From positions 55,738,001-55,802,000 of the forward strand of contig NW_026262734.1 of the NCBI RefSeq assembly GCF_021869535.1: a stretch of 64,000 nt of DNA, read 5' to 3'. Shown here in pieces: positions 12,401 through 27,400 of the stretch. A model generated the notes under the pieces. It was given only the letters and a program-made list of their open reading frames with translations. It was not told where the DNA came from and did not search any database. The position numbers were made by a program, and so were the translations under genes. Position 1 is the first letter of the stretch. Each line of letters opens with the position of its first letter. This stretch comes from Mytilus californianus (Eukaryota).

Positions 12401-15400
12401 TTAGAATTCAAGGGCTCTAAGGAGTGGCTTTTTCATGTCCTCTTCTTAATTGATGCAATAAACAGAAATAGATACACAGTAAAAACTGTATGTATTTTTG
12501 TTGACTTTAAATTATCATAATTAAAAGTTAAGTGCATCTGCATTTAATTTTTTGTATTATATAAAGTATATATAACATAATCATTTGGAAATATAAGGAA
12601 TTAAATCCCATTATTTCATATATATTATATAGGATAAATCATTTGGCGGTAACAAAATAAAAATTGATAAAAACAAATTAATAATATTTTTGGAAGAGAT
12701 GAAAATGTGATGTGAAAGATACCAAAGGGACATTCAAACCCATAAGTCGAAAATAAACTGACAACGGCATTGCTAAAGAATAAAAAGAACAACAAACAAA
12801 CGACAGTACACAAAACACAACATAGAAAACTAAAGACTGAGCAACACGAACCCCACCAAAAACTCGGGGTGATCTCAGGTCATATTTAAAAGTATTTTTG
12901 AAATAAAATATAATAGGGGAAGTTTAACAACTACAAACATGTTTAACCCCGCCACATTCTATATGTGTCTGTCCCAAATCAAAAGCCTGTAGTTCAGAAG
13001 TTGTCGTTGGTTCATGTCTGTCATATTCGTTTTTCGTAAATTGTTTTGTTATACATTTGGCCATTAGTTGTCTCAATTGAAGTATTTCACATTTTTCATG
13101 TCAGGGCTTTTTATAGCAGACTATACAGTATGGCTTTTTCTCATTGTTGAAGGCCGAACGGTTGCCTATAATTGCTTACATCCACTCCATTTGATTTTTG
13201 ATTTTTGGTGTTTTAACGCCACTTTTAAGCACCACTTTTGGGCTATTTCGTGGCAGCCAGTTTTTATTGGTGGAGGAAGCCGGAGTGCCCGGAGAAAACC
13301 ACCGACCTTCGATAGGAAAACTAACAATCCTAGTCAATTAAGATTGGAGTCGAGTGCACCTGCATGAACGGGATTCGAACTCACAACCTCAGTGTTGACT
13401 GGCTAGTGATTACAGTAGTAACTACTTAGACCACTCGGCCACTGAGGCCCCTCACTCCATTTGAACTTTGGTGGATAGTCATGATAGTTGTCTCATTTGG
13501 CATTCATACCACATCTCCTAATTTTTATATACTGTCTCTTTTTAATAGCATCCTATGTTTATATGAGTGTCACTTTAATTTTTGAAGTAAGAAAATTGTC
13601 ATTCAATACAATTTAAAAAACTTTAACTTTATGATTCATAGCATTTGGCCATCAAGCTATCTTTTTGACTAAAGTAGTTTCCCTTGTTTGGTTGGAATAA
13701 AACTTGTACAGATGGAAGATATAGAGAAAGGGGAGAAGCCTTTTGATTTTGGGATCAGTAAGTTAAAGGTCAATGTGACTGTTACTAAATCAGGAAATAT
13801 TTTACATTGTAAAAGCTCTTTATCACACTAAATATCTTTTCAGAGACCAGATACCAGACATCTTGTAATGAAATCAGCATCTTGAGACGTCAGAGAGCTT
13901 TAGTGCAGACTTACTCATTGCAAACAAATGATACAGCTAAACATTATGAAGAATATACCAAGAAAATAACAACACAGGCTGATAAACTTCTAAATAAGGC
14001 AAAGTATGTATGGAACCCTGGTTTATCATATTTACACACACACAGAAATTTCCATATAGGGTGTCTGGTCCTAAAAGCAGTGTGCCTGATTATATAGGTT
14101 ACTTGTTGTTTCATGATAATTTCTATCAGACAATAGACGACCTTTTAATTAAGGCATTTTCCCGGAAAAATTTGAAGTCACTAAGTAAATATCTTCATGT
14201 CACAATGTTCTATGACGTGTTTTTCCCCAAAATGAACCCAGGTCAACTGAGGCAGCTCACTTGTAAAAACAAAATTGGAAATTGGTCTATTGGTAAGACA
14301 CCTGTCTAAAATTTGCCTGACATGTCCAACGATGAGACATAATTTGAAAACTCTCCTTATGATTATTTATCACAAATTTTTGCAAACGCTATTTACATTA
14401 ATATTGTCAGCTTGTTATGAAATCCCAATTTTATATTACAGGAAAGGATCAGAATATTACAGTAGAAAGAGGAGTTCTACAGACGATGATCATTATAGTT
14501 CCTCTCTAGAGACCAGACAGGGGGTATATTAATTAATCATTTCTATGCAATGATTTTTAAGGGCACTGGATGCCATGGACGATTTCTTGTAAACTTTCTA
14601 AACAGTGGATATTTAGTGACTGATGTCATAGTATTTTCATATCTATTTAAGCACAATAAGATATAAATGGTCCTTTAGAAATGGTCCTTTAGATTCTGAA
14701 GCAGGAAAGTTTTTCATTTTGTTATTTTGTTGCAAGAAAAATTAAATATAGTTGAAATATCTAACATCACAATACACTATAAACTGTTTCATTTCAAATG
14801 ACAACAATTATATTAATTTAAGATAAATCAAACTATAACCAGCCCTAGTTTTAACTTTGCAAGTTGAAGCAGCATATTTTTTTTACGTACAAAAAAATTA
14901 ATGCAACATCCTAGATGTTAAAACTAAAATACATTTCTTAATTATTCATTTAAATAAGAAGTAACATTATTAAAGGTCTTAACCAAACTTAATACTTGGA
15001 TCTCAATATGAATCCTACTCATTTTCCAAACATTAAAGTCATTATTTTTAGGAGTTGGAACAGTTATTTCTGGAAATATTATATTTTGATGTCATATTTT
15101 CATACTTTATTACAGAAACAAGTTAGAGAGACATGTGAAGCCATTGGATCTTTTCTTCAGAAAATGTTACAAGGAGAGTTTGGGACAGATAAAACTGTAT
15201 TGTAAGTTCAAAATTAATATGAAATAAAGAGATGTGGTATACTTGCAAAGAGACAACCTAACCACCAGAGACCAAATGACGTAGAAGTAAACAAATATAG
15301 GTCACAGAACGTCCTTCAACAATAGTCTATTCCGTCTTCACCCTTAAACAAACACCAATATTATTGATGAGAGGGACCATTATACACAAAGTTTTTGTGG

Positions 15401-18400
15401 GTTTATAGGGTTAATCAGCCTGTCAATCCGTCTTTCTGTTTGTCCATGTGCCTGTAATCACAACTCAAAACGGACAACATGGATATTGAAACTTTACCAT
15501 TGTGTACACTACCTGAGGATGTGTTAAATGAATAAATCCTGTTCCGATATGTTAAAACTGAGGAAATTATCGGATTTGCAAGGAGTCCACTCACATTTTA
15601 GCTAAATCAGACCTATTTACAGAAGCCAGTATTACTGCTAAATACACAAGTTATGTTTTTATCTTGAGGGGATAACTGTGTACATGTACTATATTTTTAC
15701 ATTGTAAATATTTCAGTCAGTCAAAGAAGGATATAATATGGAAATCAGTGGAAGAATTATTAAGTGAGTTCAGTGTGACACAGATACTGAATGCTTTGGT
15801 AACCAATACACAGGAGTCAGCCTTTACTCTGAGAGATATGACATCTAAAGTAGACATCAGGAGAGATGCTGAAAAACTCAGGTAATTTGAATATACACAA
15901 ATTATTTTCACTCTCTCTGGTGAATTTAACTTTAAAAAAAGCATAACTTTTTCTAGTAAATTTCAAGCGAAAGGAGATTGCAATTTTCAGTTTGTAAATT
16001 CATTTACGAAAAAAAAAATCTTTTGAATTTCTCTTCATTTAACAAAAAACAAAATCATTTACGAGTAATTGTGACCAATCAAGTCCACTAGTGAAGCAAT
16101 GCACGAAATGTGTTGACATTGTACTGAATTTTATCATAAAAAATGAAAACAACACGTTATTATAAGTCTCATTTCAATTGCTAATTAATTTTTTTTGAAT
16201 TTTAAACTAAAGTTGTATTACATGAAACTATTAAAATATGTCCTGAAATATGAATATTTTCTGATGAAAGCTGATTATATTATGATAATACAAGATTTAG
16301 TTTTCTAGCCTTCTTCTTTTTTCCTTTTTTGTTGTTGAAAAATTGTCTTTGAAGTGATGTTGACAGCTGTACATTTGTTTATTAGAAAAATAAAAGATAA
16401 TAATTTAGTTCTACTGTGTACCTGTAATGTATTTATAGGTTTAAATATGAAAGAACAGGACAACTCAGAGATGAATCTAATCCTCCAAATATCTTACAAA
16501 GTGTTCACCAACTGTTAGAGGTAAATAAGATAAGTGATTTATGTGATCTTTTGATTATTTCTTATATGTTAATTGATATTTAATTCATTCTTTCTACAGA
16601 ATTATGATTTTATTCCTATCAGAGTTTTATTTTGAAAAAAATTAATGCAAGTCATATTGTAATAAATCTGAGATATCAGTTTTTAGAGTATAAAGTCCTC
16701 ATTTCAACGTGAAACAATTATCAGATTCTAAAAGCTGTTTAATTTCATTTTTGTGTCTTTTGCACATGCACAGTAACAGGTTTCTGTTGAATCCATGTTA
16801 TCTCTAACCTTTCAAAACAAATTTGTTCCTGAATTTTGCTAACTTTCACATTAACCAATTCATTCCAAATTTTTTGGGTTATAATTGAGCATGCAATTGT
16901 CTTGCAAATATGTATGATTGATTTACCAAAATGTAGCATGGCATTAACACAGATTCTGTCCTCTTTCACAAATAATTCCTACCTCATATAATACCATTTA
17001 AGTTTTCCGGCATGACTTATGACTAAATATATTTAATATCAGTTGTCTGACCATGAGGCATAAATTATTTAAATGAATTGTATATCCCTAATTAGCCAGA
17101 TAAGCCCAGGTAAAGGATTCTTACATTATTTAAGAAGTTGTGTCTGCCTATGAACATTCTGTCATCAGAATTTATAGGTGTTTCATATACGAAAATTAGA
17201 ATAATTCCTGTTTAGCCATTTATCACGTCTAGTCTTTGTAAATTTATTATCCATTATTTTTATTTTGAAAGTTGCAAAAAAGAGGCAAAGACATAACCAT
17301 GACAAACAGAACAACAGTCCATAAAAGTCAAAGATTGAACAATATGAACCCCTCAAAAAACAGGGATGAACTCTGGTCCATCAGTTATTGTTCAACAAGT
17401 GACAAATTGCAACTAGACTTTAGAATTTCATTTTATGTTTTAATATATTTTATGTATATCTGGGGAAAAAACAATTGTATTGAAAAATTTATTTTCGTAG
17501 GAAAATCAAGTAAACCAGATAAAAAGATTTGTAGAAACAGAGAAGTTTTGTAATGAGACCTGGAAATTGGAACAAAGATTTGCTGAAGTCAAGGAAGAAA
17601 TTGATACTAAATTACAATTTGTTTTCAAAAACCATAAAGATTTAAAACTTGCAAGGTAGTTTATAGTACAGGCTGTTAGGTTAATTTTTTTTATAAGACT
17701 TTGTGAAAATGATGGGGACTAATGGAGTTACCTCTGAGTTCTACTTCTCGAGTGTGTTCTTGTGCATGTACACACTTAGTTATCAGACACTGATTGAAAT
17801 ACAGACGTGCATGTACTGATGTTGTGTCATGGATGGATACCCCATATCCTTTGTTTTTCTATTATAACTATTGTTTGGCTCATGTCCAACTTGATTGATT
17901 GATTTATTGATGTTTGCTTAAAGCAAGTGGCAAATATTTCATGAGTATTCTGCACCTTAAAAAAGCTGACCATGTAATTAATGACAAAGGTCACATGACC
18001 CATATGCATATATCATAGTTTACCAACTTAAGTTTCAAGTAAAAAAAAAACATCAGAAAAATCCTGAACTAGAAAAAGACAAGTTTAACAAATTACAGAT
18101 AAAAAAACCATACAATTACATGCAAAAAAATGCAAAAAAATGCTTGATATAACTTTAGCAACACATATTTGTTGTAACTAAAAACTAGCAGTCATAGTTA
18201 TTAATGTTCTGAAAATGAAGTGATATTTTTTCACACTAAGATGTAGCATAGTAATTCAGACTGAACATCATATAACAGTGATGAGAAACATTTTCTTATG
18301 CAATGTCAACAACAAATTTGTATACATCTACGTCATTCAGCTCTGACAGATAAGTGTCTCGCTGGTAAACATACCACATCTCCTTATTTTATATACAGAA

Positions 18401-21400
18401 TTTCAATACAGGAAAGAAAATACTGTAAATTCAGAAATTTTTATGAGGTTTTCATTATTGTGAAAATTGAAATGGGATTGGTTTTGCAAAAATAAAAACT
18501 CACATTTTATATAAATTTCAATAGAATTATTTGTATGCAATATTTTCTGAAATCATAATAACAAAAATAGCACTTTTGTTTTCTGAATTAACAGTAGATA
18601 AAATAACTTGTTATGCCACACTACTGTCCTTGTTAAAAAGCTCTTTTGTAATGGAAGTGTGACTTTCAAGAAATTAAGAGATTTTACTTCAGACATGTAC
18701 ATATTGAACTTAAGATATTCAATGAATACTTACTTGTTTTGTTCTTTTGTAGAGAATTGATTGAATGTGATATAGATTTAGTGGGCAGAAAAGCCATTCT
18801 AGCTAGTTTGAACTGTGAAGCTAACAATTTAAGAGAACTTATTTCAAAATCATTGAAGGATAAAGACATTATATGTGCCAAATTCCAAAGAATTCAAGAT
18901 TTTAAACAAATAGTGGTAAGTAAAGTGATATCTGATAATAAAAAGGGAAACATGTTTAAATTTATTATATGACATTTTTAGAGGATACTTTATAGGCAAT
19001 AACTTAGACGCAATAAAAAAAATAAGAATGCTACTGGAGACTAAAAACTAGCAGTAAAACTCTTTTTTATGTGTTACAAGGAAGTTTTTAAGATATATAT
19101 AGTTTAATTTTTTATAGATAATTGAGGGTTTTTCATACGAGAAACTTCCTCAACTTTGAAAGTCAATTCATAACCTGTTTATCACTAGATTGCCTATGAC
19201 ATTTTTTATGTTGAAATTGACAACCGCATGTGTACCGTTAATTTCAAGCGACAATTTTCTATCTCAACTGAGCAGCATGAAATGAAAAAATTATTACAAA
19301 AAAAGATGAAAGAAAAATACACAAAACAGCGAGAACAATTATTCAATTATTATGTGAGCTTCATGTGAATTCAGTCAAAGAGAAATTATCCAAATCTGAA
19401 GCATAAGCTTATAGCAAGTCAATTGGTTATTTATTTCCCCTTTAAGATTAATACTTAAAGTTTACTCCCAAATAAACAAAAAACAGATGGTTAAAAAAAA
19501 TTAATAGGATATATTGTTGATATTGTTACACTTTAAATAAAACAGTTAACAAGAAAATTTAATTCAAAAGATTTCCTTTGTAAGTTTTATGTATAGGGAT
19601 AGTAACCATATATTGTCAGTCTTCAACTTGACATGCCTGACTTTACCAAAAGTTATATTTTGAAAAGCTCCCTTCTTATGCAATAGAAGCCTCGGTGGCC
19701 AAGTGGTCTAAGTAGTTCATCTACAGTATCACAAGCATGTTATCATCAAGGCTGTGAGTTCAAATCTGGCACATGACACTTAAATCTTTATTAGCTAGGA
19801 TTGACAGTTTTCCTACCAAAGGATTGGTATTTTCTCTGGGCACTCCTGCTTCCTCTAACAATAAAAGTTGGCAGCCAGGAGATAGCCAATTGTGCTGAAA
19901 GTTGTTTTAAATACCAAATGTTATGTGATATTAAATATTAAATGTAATTTTCTTAATTATATATATTTTAGGAAAGAAAACAAAATTTGATACAGGTTCT
20001 TGCCAGACAGAATTATAATGCTAAATCTAGATTAGAAGATCAAAGGAAAGAGGTAAACAAATAAAGATTTGACAGTAGACTGAATGTAATATATTACTGT
20101 GTTTGATGAAGGTTTCTGTTTTAAAGTTCAGGGATGTTAAGGGGTCCAAAACATAGATTTTAAACATTCTTTATGTTTGGTTATACATATACCTCAGAAA
20201 TGCTCATTGTTGAAGGCTGTACGGTGACCTATAGTTGTTAATTTCTGTGTCATTTGGTCTCTTGTGGAGAGTTGTCTCATTGGCAATCATACCACATCTT
20301 CTTTTTTATATCATAATCAAAGGTTTGAAAAGTAAAATGCATGATATACATGGAAGAAATTACTCTGACATAGAATTAAACAAATAAACTGATGTGGGAA
20401 TATTATCATTTGGACAGCCACCCAACAACATAACTTAAGGTATTCCAAGAGAACATCTGCAGATCATTAATGAATATTTAACAATGAAAAAGTTTACTCA
20501 AGGTAAAGTATGAAGTTAACAGAGACAATTGACACTATCACTCTACTGACTAAATTACTTAAAGTAAATCAGCAAAAATATGAAGAGACTGATTATGGCA
20601 ACAGGTTCCTGAATTGGGCACACTCATTTTCAACCACAAATTAATGTAATTTTTGTATTTGTTCCCAGATTGATCAGTACATAAACAAGTCCTTGTCTAC
20701 ACACTTCACAGAAACACAGTCACTGACCATTGGGTTGCATGGATCTGTTGTAGATGAAATAGATAAATTTACAGCCCTGGCCTTACCTAATTTATTATTT
20801 ACTGTTGTCAATGAAAGGTAAAATATTGTATATAAATACTTTGATGTGTTAATGCAATAGGCTATTGCCTTACAGAATAGCTATTAGCATTAAAAAAATC
20901 ATGTCGGAATCATCCATTATGGTGACATTGAATAAAATAATGCTATGGGTCTTACAAAAAAGTTATTGCTTGCTATTTGAATATGATTTTCAATTTGTAA
21001 AATGGTATGGCAAAAGCAATTACAGCTAGATGATTATGTAAAGCATGCACAACGTAATCTTCCTTCATATATTTGAAATGGTTTTTCTCAAGAATTTAAA
21101 CTCGTATGACAAATACATTTGTGAATTGAAAATAAGAGGCAAAAGGCAACAAAATGGACACTCAAAAACTAACACTACTGTGGAAAAAGAAAAAAAAAAA
21201 CATGAAAAGATAAAAAACTGTCTACAAAACACAACATAGAAAACTAAAGGCTGAGCAACAATGACCCCAACAAAAACGGGGGTGATATCAAGTGCTCTGG
21301 ATATGTAAGCAGATCCTGTTCTACAAATAGAAAATGTAGAATGGTACCTTATGATAATGTCTAAACACACTATGGTAACATGTGTGGGAATTAATAAGAA

Positions 21401-24400
21401 TATAGATTGCAACTTATTTACTTTTCAGTGCTTTGAAGACCCCAATATCAGACATTTCTATAAACCAGACAACAAATCCATCCTACCAACAGTTACAACA
21501 ATTATTAGATACTGTACAGTTCCCACCATATAAGGTAAATGTTTGTAGATAATTGTCAAACATTGTATTAGGTTCAAGGAATTCGAAGTTAAGCGGTACA
21601 TGGTACAGATCTGTTCAAGAATAATTCATTCATAGATTTCAAAGACTGATAGTAGGTCTTTTTGAATGTTTCTTGGAAATTTAAATTTATTGAGGGCTGT
21701 TCCGTTAAAATATACATAATGGGATGCCAAGGGGCAGCTTGAATTTACCTCTATGGGTTGATGTGAAATATATGTTATCGATGTTCATATAAGTTTAAAA
21801 TGAATGTCTCCAAATTGCATCTGTATGGGGTTTCTTCATTTTCAATCTGCCTTTCCCTGGTACCATGTTTGTTCAATGAAACACTGCATAGAAAATCAAA
21901 TATTGAAGAAAATGAACCTCACCAGTAACTAGATGACAGAGTAAGTTGATCTCAAAGGGTAATCAGATTTTGCTCCACTAAAGACAACCTTTTTGTTACT
22001 AGTTTTAAAATCTTAAATAAGTCATCATTTCTGATACACTGTAATGCATCACCCAATAGGTAAAGTAGTATACAATAATTACACAAATAAATATATATTC
22101 AATTCTTTTATCTAACAGAAAAAACCAGTCATAATAGAATTTTGCTTGAAGTGCCTACCTACCCTTTGGTAATATTTTTGAAAAAGTCAACATCCATGCA
22201 ATTATTAATTCTGTATGGCTTTAAGGATTAATTTTTAAAAAATGGCAATATGCACTTAAGTAATTAGTGTTTTGTAGATCTAAAAATAAATAAACACCAT
22301 TTTGAATGAGATGGTTTGCTAAAAACCTGCATTAAGTTAGAAACTTTTTAAACTTAAGGCTTTCATAGCATTTTGTTGTTTAAAATTCATCTGTTTATGG
22401 TAGATGAATCTTATGTCTGTCATTATTCATAGGGTTTTATTGCCTTTTTTATGACATGGCAATAGCAAAATCAGAGGACAAAATGAAAATTCAAGCTATG
22501 ACTAAGTGTTGACCATAATGAACCAAGAATAACAACTTTTCTTATAATATAAAAATAATTAAAACCTGTAGGAGAAAAGTTAAAGTCTGCTAAAAATTAG
22601 AGAATAAGTTGTAGAAGTTTTTTTTCAAGATTCCTGCCCTGATAAAACTGATAGCTATGGAAATGTGTTAACTTGAAGAAATTGGTATTTTATCCTGAAA
22701 TTCAAACAAACAGTAAATTAGGTACATTGAGGAAATTTTTGCACATAAAATTACAGAAAAAACTGATAAATAATTTGCAAAATGAAAATTTTTCGTCCAC
22801 ACGTTTTTCCAATACCAGTACTACTGAACAGAATGAGCTGCTTGGAAGCAATGATTTGTGATGTATGAGCATTTTGTCTTAGCCATATACTAATACTTTA
22901 AATGGTTAACAATGTTGAATGAACTTTAAATTTTATAGTGTCACCCTTAAGCAGTACTACTATTCTTTTTTTTTTTCTGTTAAATGAAGAATGGAGAATG
23001 GATTTTCTTATTAACATGAAAACTAAATCAAAAACTTGCCTTAAGAACAATAACCTACAGTACGGGTAGAGACTTATTACTATAAATAACGGACTGGGAC
23101 ATGTCGGAAATGAATAATCCGACTTTTTTATGGTAGGTAGTATGGTCATAAATCAACAGATCCAGGTGTGAACCATAATATAATTGTCCTTTCATCTCAA
23201 TCCGTGCTACAAGATTATTACGCTTCACTGATTTCAGAATCAGGTTACCTGTGATTTAAACCTCTCAGTCACTTTATTGATAAGTTCTACATCGTATTTG
23301 ACATAAAATATTTTTACAGGTGAAGAACTGGAACAACTTTGTTTTAATAAAAATAGCCTATTTTTTTAATTATGGCTTTTTGTATTTCAAATGCTGTTTA
23401 TATTCCTCAAAATATTATTTTCTATGTTCCCTGTTTTTTTTTGTTATGTATCTTTTTCGTATTTGTTGGCATACAGTTTTTAAAATATTTTCTTTTTAAT
23501 TTCTTGAAGGTAATTTTTGTTTTACTGATTTATTTTCCATGTAAACCCATTGATTAGCAGAATGATGTGCAAAGTGCTGCTGCATACGTTTTAGTTTGAC
23601 AACACTACATTTGTATTTAATTTTCAGTCTGCGTTGGGTCAGTTCTGAAATAAAAATAATTACAGTGAGCAATACTTGTATACTAGTAGTTAGGTGATTC
23701 TTTATAATTGTGAATTTACTTTTTACTGTAAACAAATATTGTCCGAAAGTTGGTGATATATAACTAAAGTAGTACACAAATAATAACACTAGAAGAAGAT
23801 AACGATATTTCTCGGGGATTAGGTTTATTTTGATATTTCTGTGTTTGTTAAATATGCATGAAATAATTGCCACTGACATGAATGGACATTAAAACTAGAA
23901 GCATTCAATCGTTTGATGACCAGTTAATTAAATATTTACTATGATTTGTAGTCTTAAAGAAATGCAATTTCTCCTATTTAAATAATTTTATGGTGCTGCA
24001 TTGACTCTTAATTGCATAATATTAATTTACGCACAATGCATGTTAACTTGTATGTTGTATTTTTGACACCAATCTAAAAAAAATATTTGCCGTGAAAAGA
24101 CAATTCCATGATACACTTATCAGTGATCAACAGCATGTGGTTGAACTTTGAACTTGACTTCACTCACAATACAATGTTGAATGCTAAAAATAGCTGGGAT
24201 TAATTTTGTCAAATGCACGTGATTTTCATATGGCGGGAAATATCGTAACAGTTAACACAGGTGACCTTACTGACCGACCGTGGGAAAATCCATTCATGAT
24301 TTAATTTGATACGTAATGATTGGCAGTATTGTGCGTTAGTTTTGAGGCTCATGATCGAGATCCATTAATAATTGATTTACCAGAATAGAAAATTTAATCC

Positions 24401-27400
24401 TTGTAATTATAAACAAAACAAGCTTTAGTCTTCTTTAACTATTTTATTTATTATATTTATTAGTCAACACCCAGATTCCTATTTAAATAATTTTCGGACA
24501 CCTCCTTTAAAGTTCGGGAATTATACAATTTAAACTGCCGAGATTGATTTACAAAATCTTACTGACTGCACGAGCTTTAGAGAATGGCTAGAAATACGAC
24601 GCAAAAGTAAAGATGGCTGATCGTGAATAGTGTAAAACTTTGATCTTCATGTATTGATTGACACAATTCGTTAAATATGTTTATAAAAAACACAATTTTC
24701 ATTAAAATTTCAAACATGGAAATAGAAAGGCAATATCTTTGTTATAATACAACGAGTGTCAACAAATCTGTTATTTCCATTATATGTAAATTTATTAACA
24801 AACAAAATTTAAAATAATGCTGGATCATAGAATATTGACGTGCATATGAAAAGTTTTTTTTATATAAAAACTAGGAATCGAAAGATGATCACTGCGTTAT
24901 AAATATTGTAAAAAAACAATTGTTTCAAAGAGATTAACGGGAAATATATGTCAAAATAGAAAGCACGGATGATCTGGCTGACCAAATTGTTTTACTTGCG
25001 AGAAATGATTGACAGGTATGAATAGACGTAGAGGCTCCGACGGGGAACGTGGTATCGTAAGGAAAAGAACAGTTTATTCACAATGCCTATATTCAATTTG
25101 TTTATATACTTTATAAATATGATATGTTGGCCTTATACTTAAAATTGTGTTTCTATTAATAACTTTAAGGAACAGGACGTTAAAAAGGGGAAATATTATA
25201 ACCATCAACGAAAACTCGTATAATTTACGGGATTGATGTCTCAACATTTTGATTAAAACTTCGATTGAAAACAGTCCTGGTTGTTATAATTTTGAATAAA
25301 ATGAAATATTTACGGTTTACAAATACAAATACAAATAGTTTATTGGCACAAACACAATTATTATAATTGGCAACACATTTTTACAGTACGTACATTGTTA
25401 AAAATCGTCTTTCTTTCATTTTCAAGTTAAAAAAAAGTTGATCCCATATTCATGATATTTCATTTTTATTTTTATTGTAATTTTTTCTTTGAATACAAAA
25501 CAATATTTTACATTTATTATCTATCCTCCATAAATACTAAAATATCTATACAGGTAAAATTTAATTCTAATCAACCTGGTACAGATTGATTTACGACCTT
25601 CCACTCGGATATTGTACAGGTTAATATCACAGCAGGTTTTAATTACACTGAGACAACTGTCCGGCCAGTCTGACATCTAGACGGATTAAGACATCCATAA
25701 TAATAAGTCTCTACCCGTACTGTATAGTATATTTTTAATTGTTATTTTTAGGCACCAGAATGTATATTACTACACTGTTTGAAGATGAAGTATGAAGATA
25801 CATTAAAGAAAATAAAATGGTCTGATGAGGACATTTCTTCTTCACAAATTGAAGGTATTTACACAGATTTATTCTCCAAGTGTAATAAGGCTCCAAGTTT
25901 TAATAAGAGTGTAATTTATATTTTAGTCATTATCACTTTACTTTGCTATTTTTGTAATTTTGAGATATGTTCAAGCTTGAATTGAGACCTTTGAAAATTG
26001 CCAAACAAAATATTACAGTAGACTCCACCTAATCGGATATCGGCTAAACGAATATATCAGCTATTGTAATATTATTTCAAAACACCAAGCCCTTCCCTAT
26101 ATGTTTAATGTTAATTATATCGTGTAATCGAATATCGAATACAAGAATATATCGGCAAATCGGATAAGAATATTCAGGAAATTTGGTTCAAAACCATGCA
26201 CAATCGGATATTTTCAATGTTTTTCTGACAGGAAATGGACCCCGAAGTTACGAAATTACAATCTTGCAGACAAGAAAATTTAGTTTTTTAGCTCACCGTT
26301 CCGAAGGAACAGTGAGCTTTAGCCATCACTTGGCATCCGTCGTCGTCGTCCTCGTCCTCGTCATCCGTCTGGTGTTAACTATTTCAAACATCTTCTCCTC
26401 TGAAACTACTGAACCAATTCCAACTATGTTATTACAGCTAATTTTATCCCTTAAGAGCCTCGTCTCATTGATTTACCATGGTTAATCAAAAATGTATTAA
26501 TTTAATTAGAAAATTAATTATCAAGGCTATGCATTTAGTTTCTGCGCGAAGTCTCAAGAGTTCCCTAGAGCCCATTATAAATTAAAATATTTTTGATTTA
26601 TTTTACAAATAACAAACATATGTTATTGCAGATTTAGAAAATTTAAGGAATAAAGAGTAGACAACTCATGAAAGTATCTGTAATAACACACGCAAGTTAT
26701 TTTCTGTAATAACCCTATAGAGTTATATCTCTGACTGATAATGTAAATAATGGATATTAATTTGTTTACAAAACAAATAAAGACACAAACTATGGATGGT
26801 AGATATTTATTCACATAAATATTTCAGGACATTTGATTTCTTTTAATAAATACAGGATTTAAAAACTGCAAACAAATTTGAGCATTACATAACCAGCATA
26901 TAATTTTTTACACAAACATCGTGGTGATGTATTAAACTGATAAAAATCACTCCAGCCCTTTATGATATATAGCAGTAGTTAGGGCTAGTACATGTAACAT
27001 CTCAGGATTAGGTCTACTCATTATTGCAGAATATTCAATGAATATACATTTATCGTCCAATTGAATATATCGGATAATGGGATATTTTTAGCTGACATTT
27101 TGGGTATCCGATTTGCCGGAGTCTACTGTACTTGGAATGCTGTATAAAATAAGAAGTTGTGGTATGACTGCCAATGAGACAACAATCCACAAGAAACCAA
27201 ATGGTGAAGATGAAAGAAACATAGGTCACCGTAAGGCCTTCAAACGACCAAAACCAATACCAGTTAGCAAGCTAAAAAAGGCTCTGACATCACAAAATAT
27301 AATAATCTAATGAGAAAACTAATGGCCTGATTTTTGTAAAAAACAAAAAGTGAAAAAGGAATTAATATATAACACATAAGACAACCACTGAATTACAGGC

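Noticed and set aside
13195-13452. tRNA gene
   Set aside because: The tRNA-like head continues into a SINE core and tail with a TSD, and there is no complete cloverleaf.
20390-20502. Extra HAUS5 exon ending at aaggtaaag
   Set aside because: Exons 12 and 13 join in phase without it, and there is no good acceptor or similarity.
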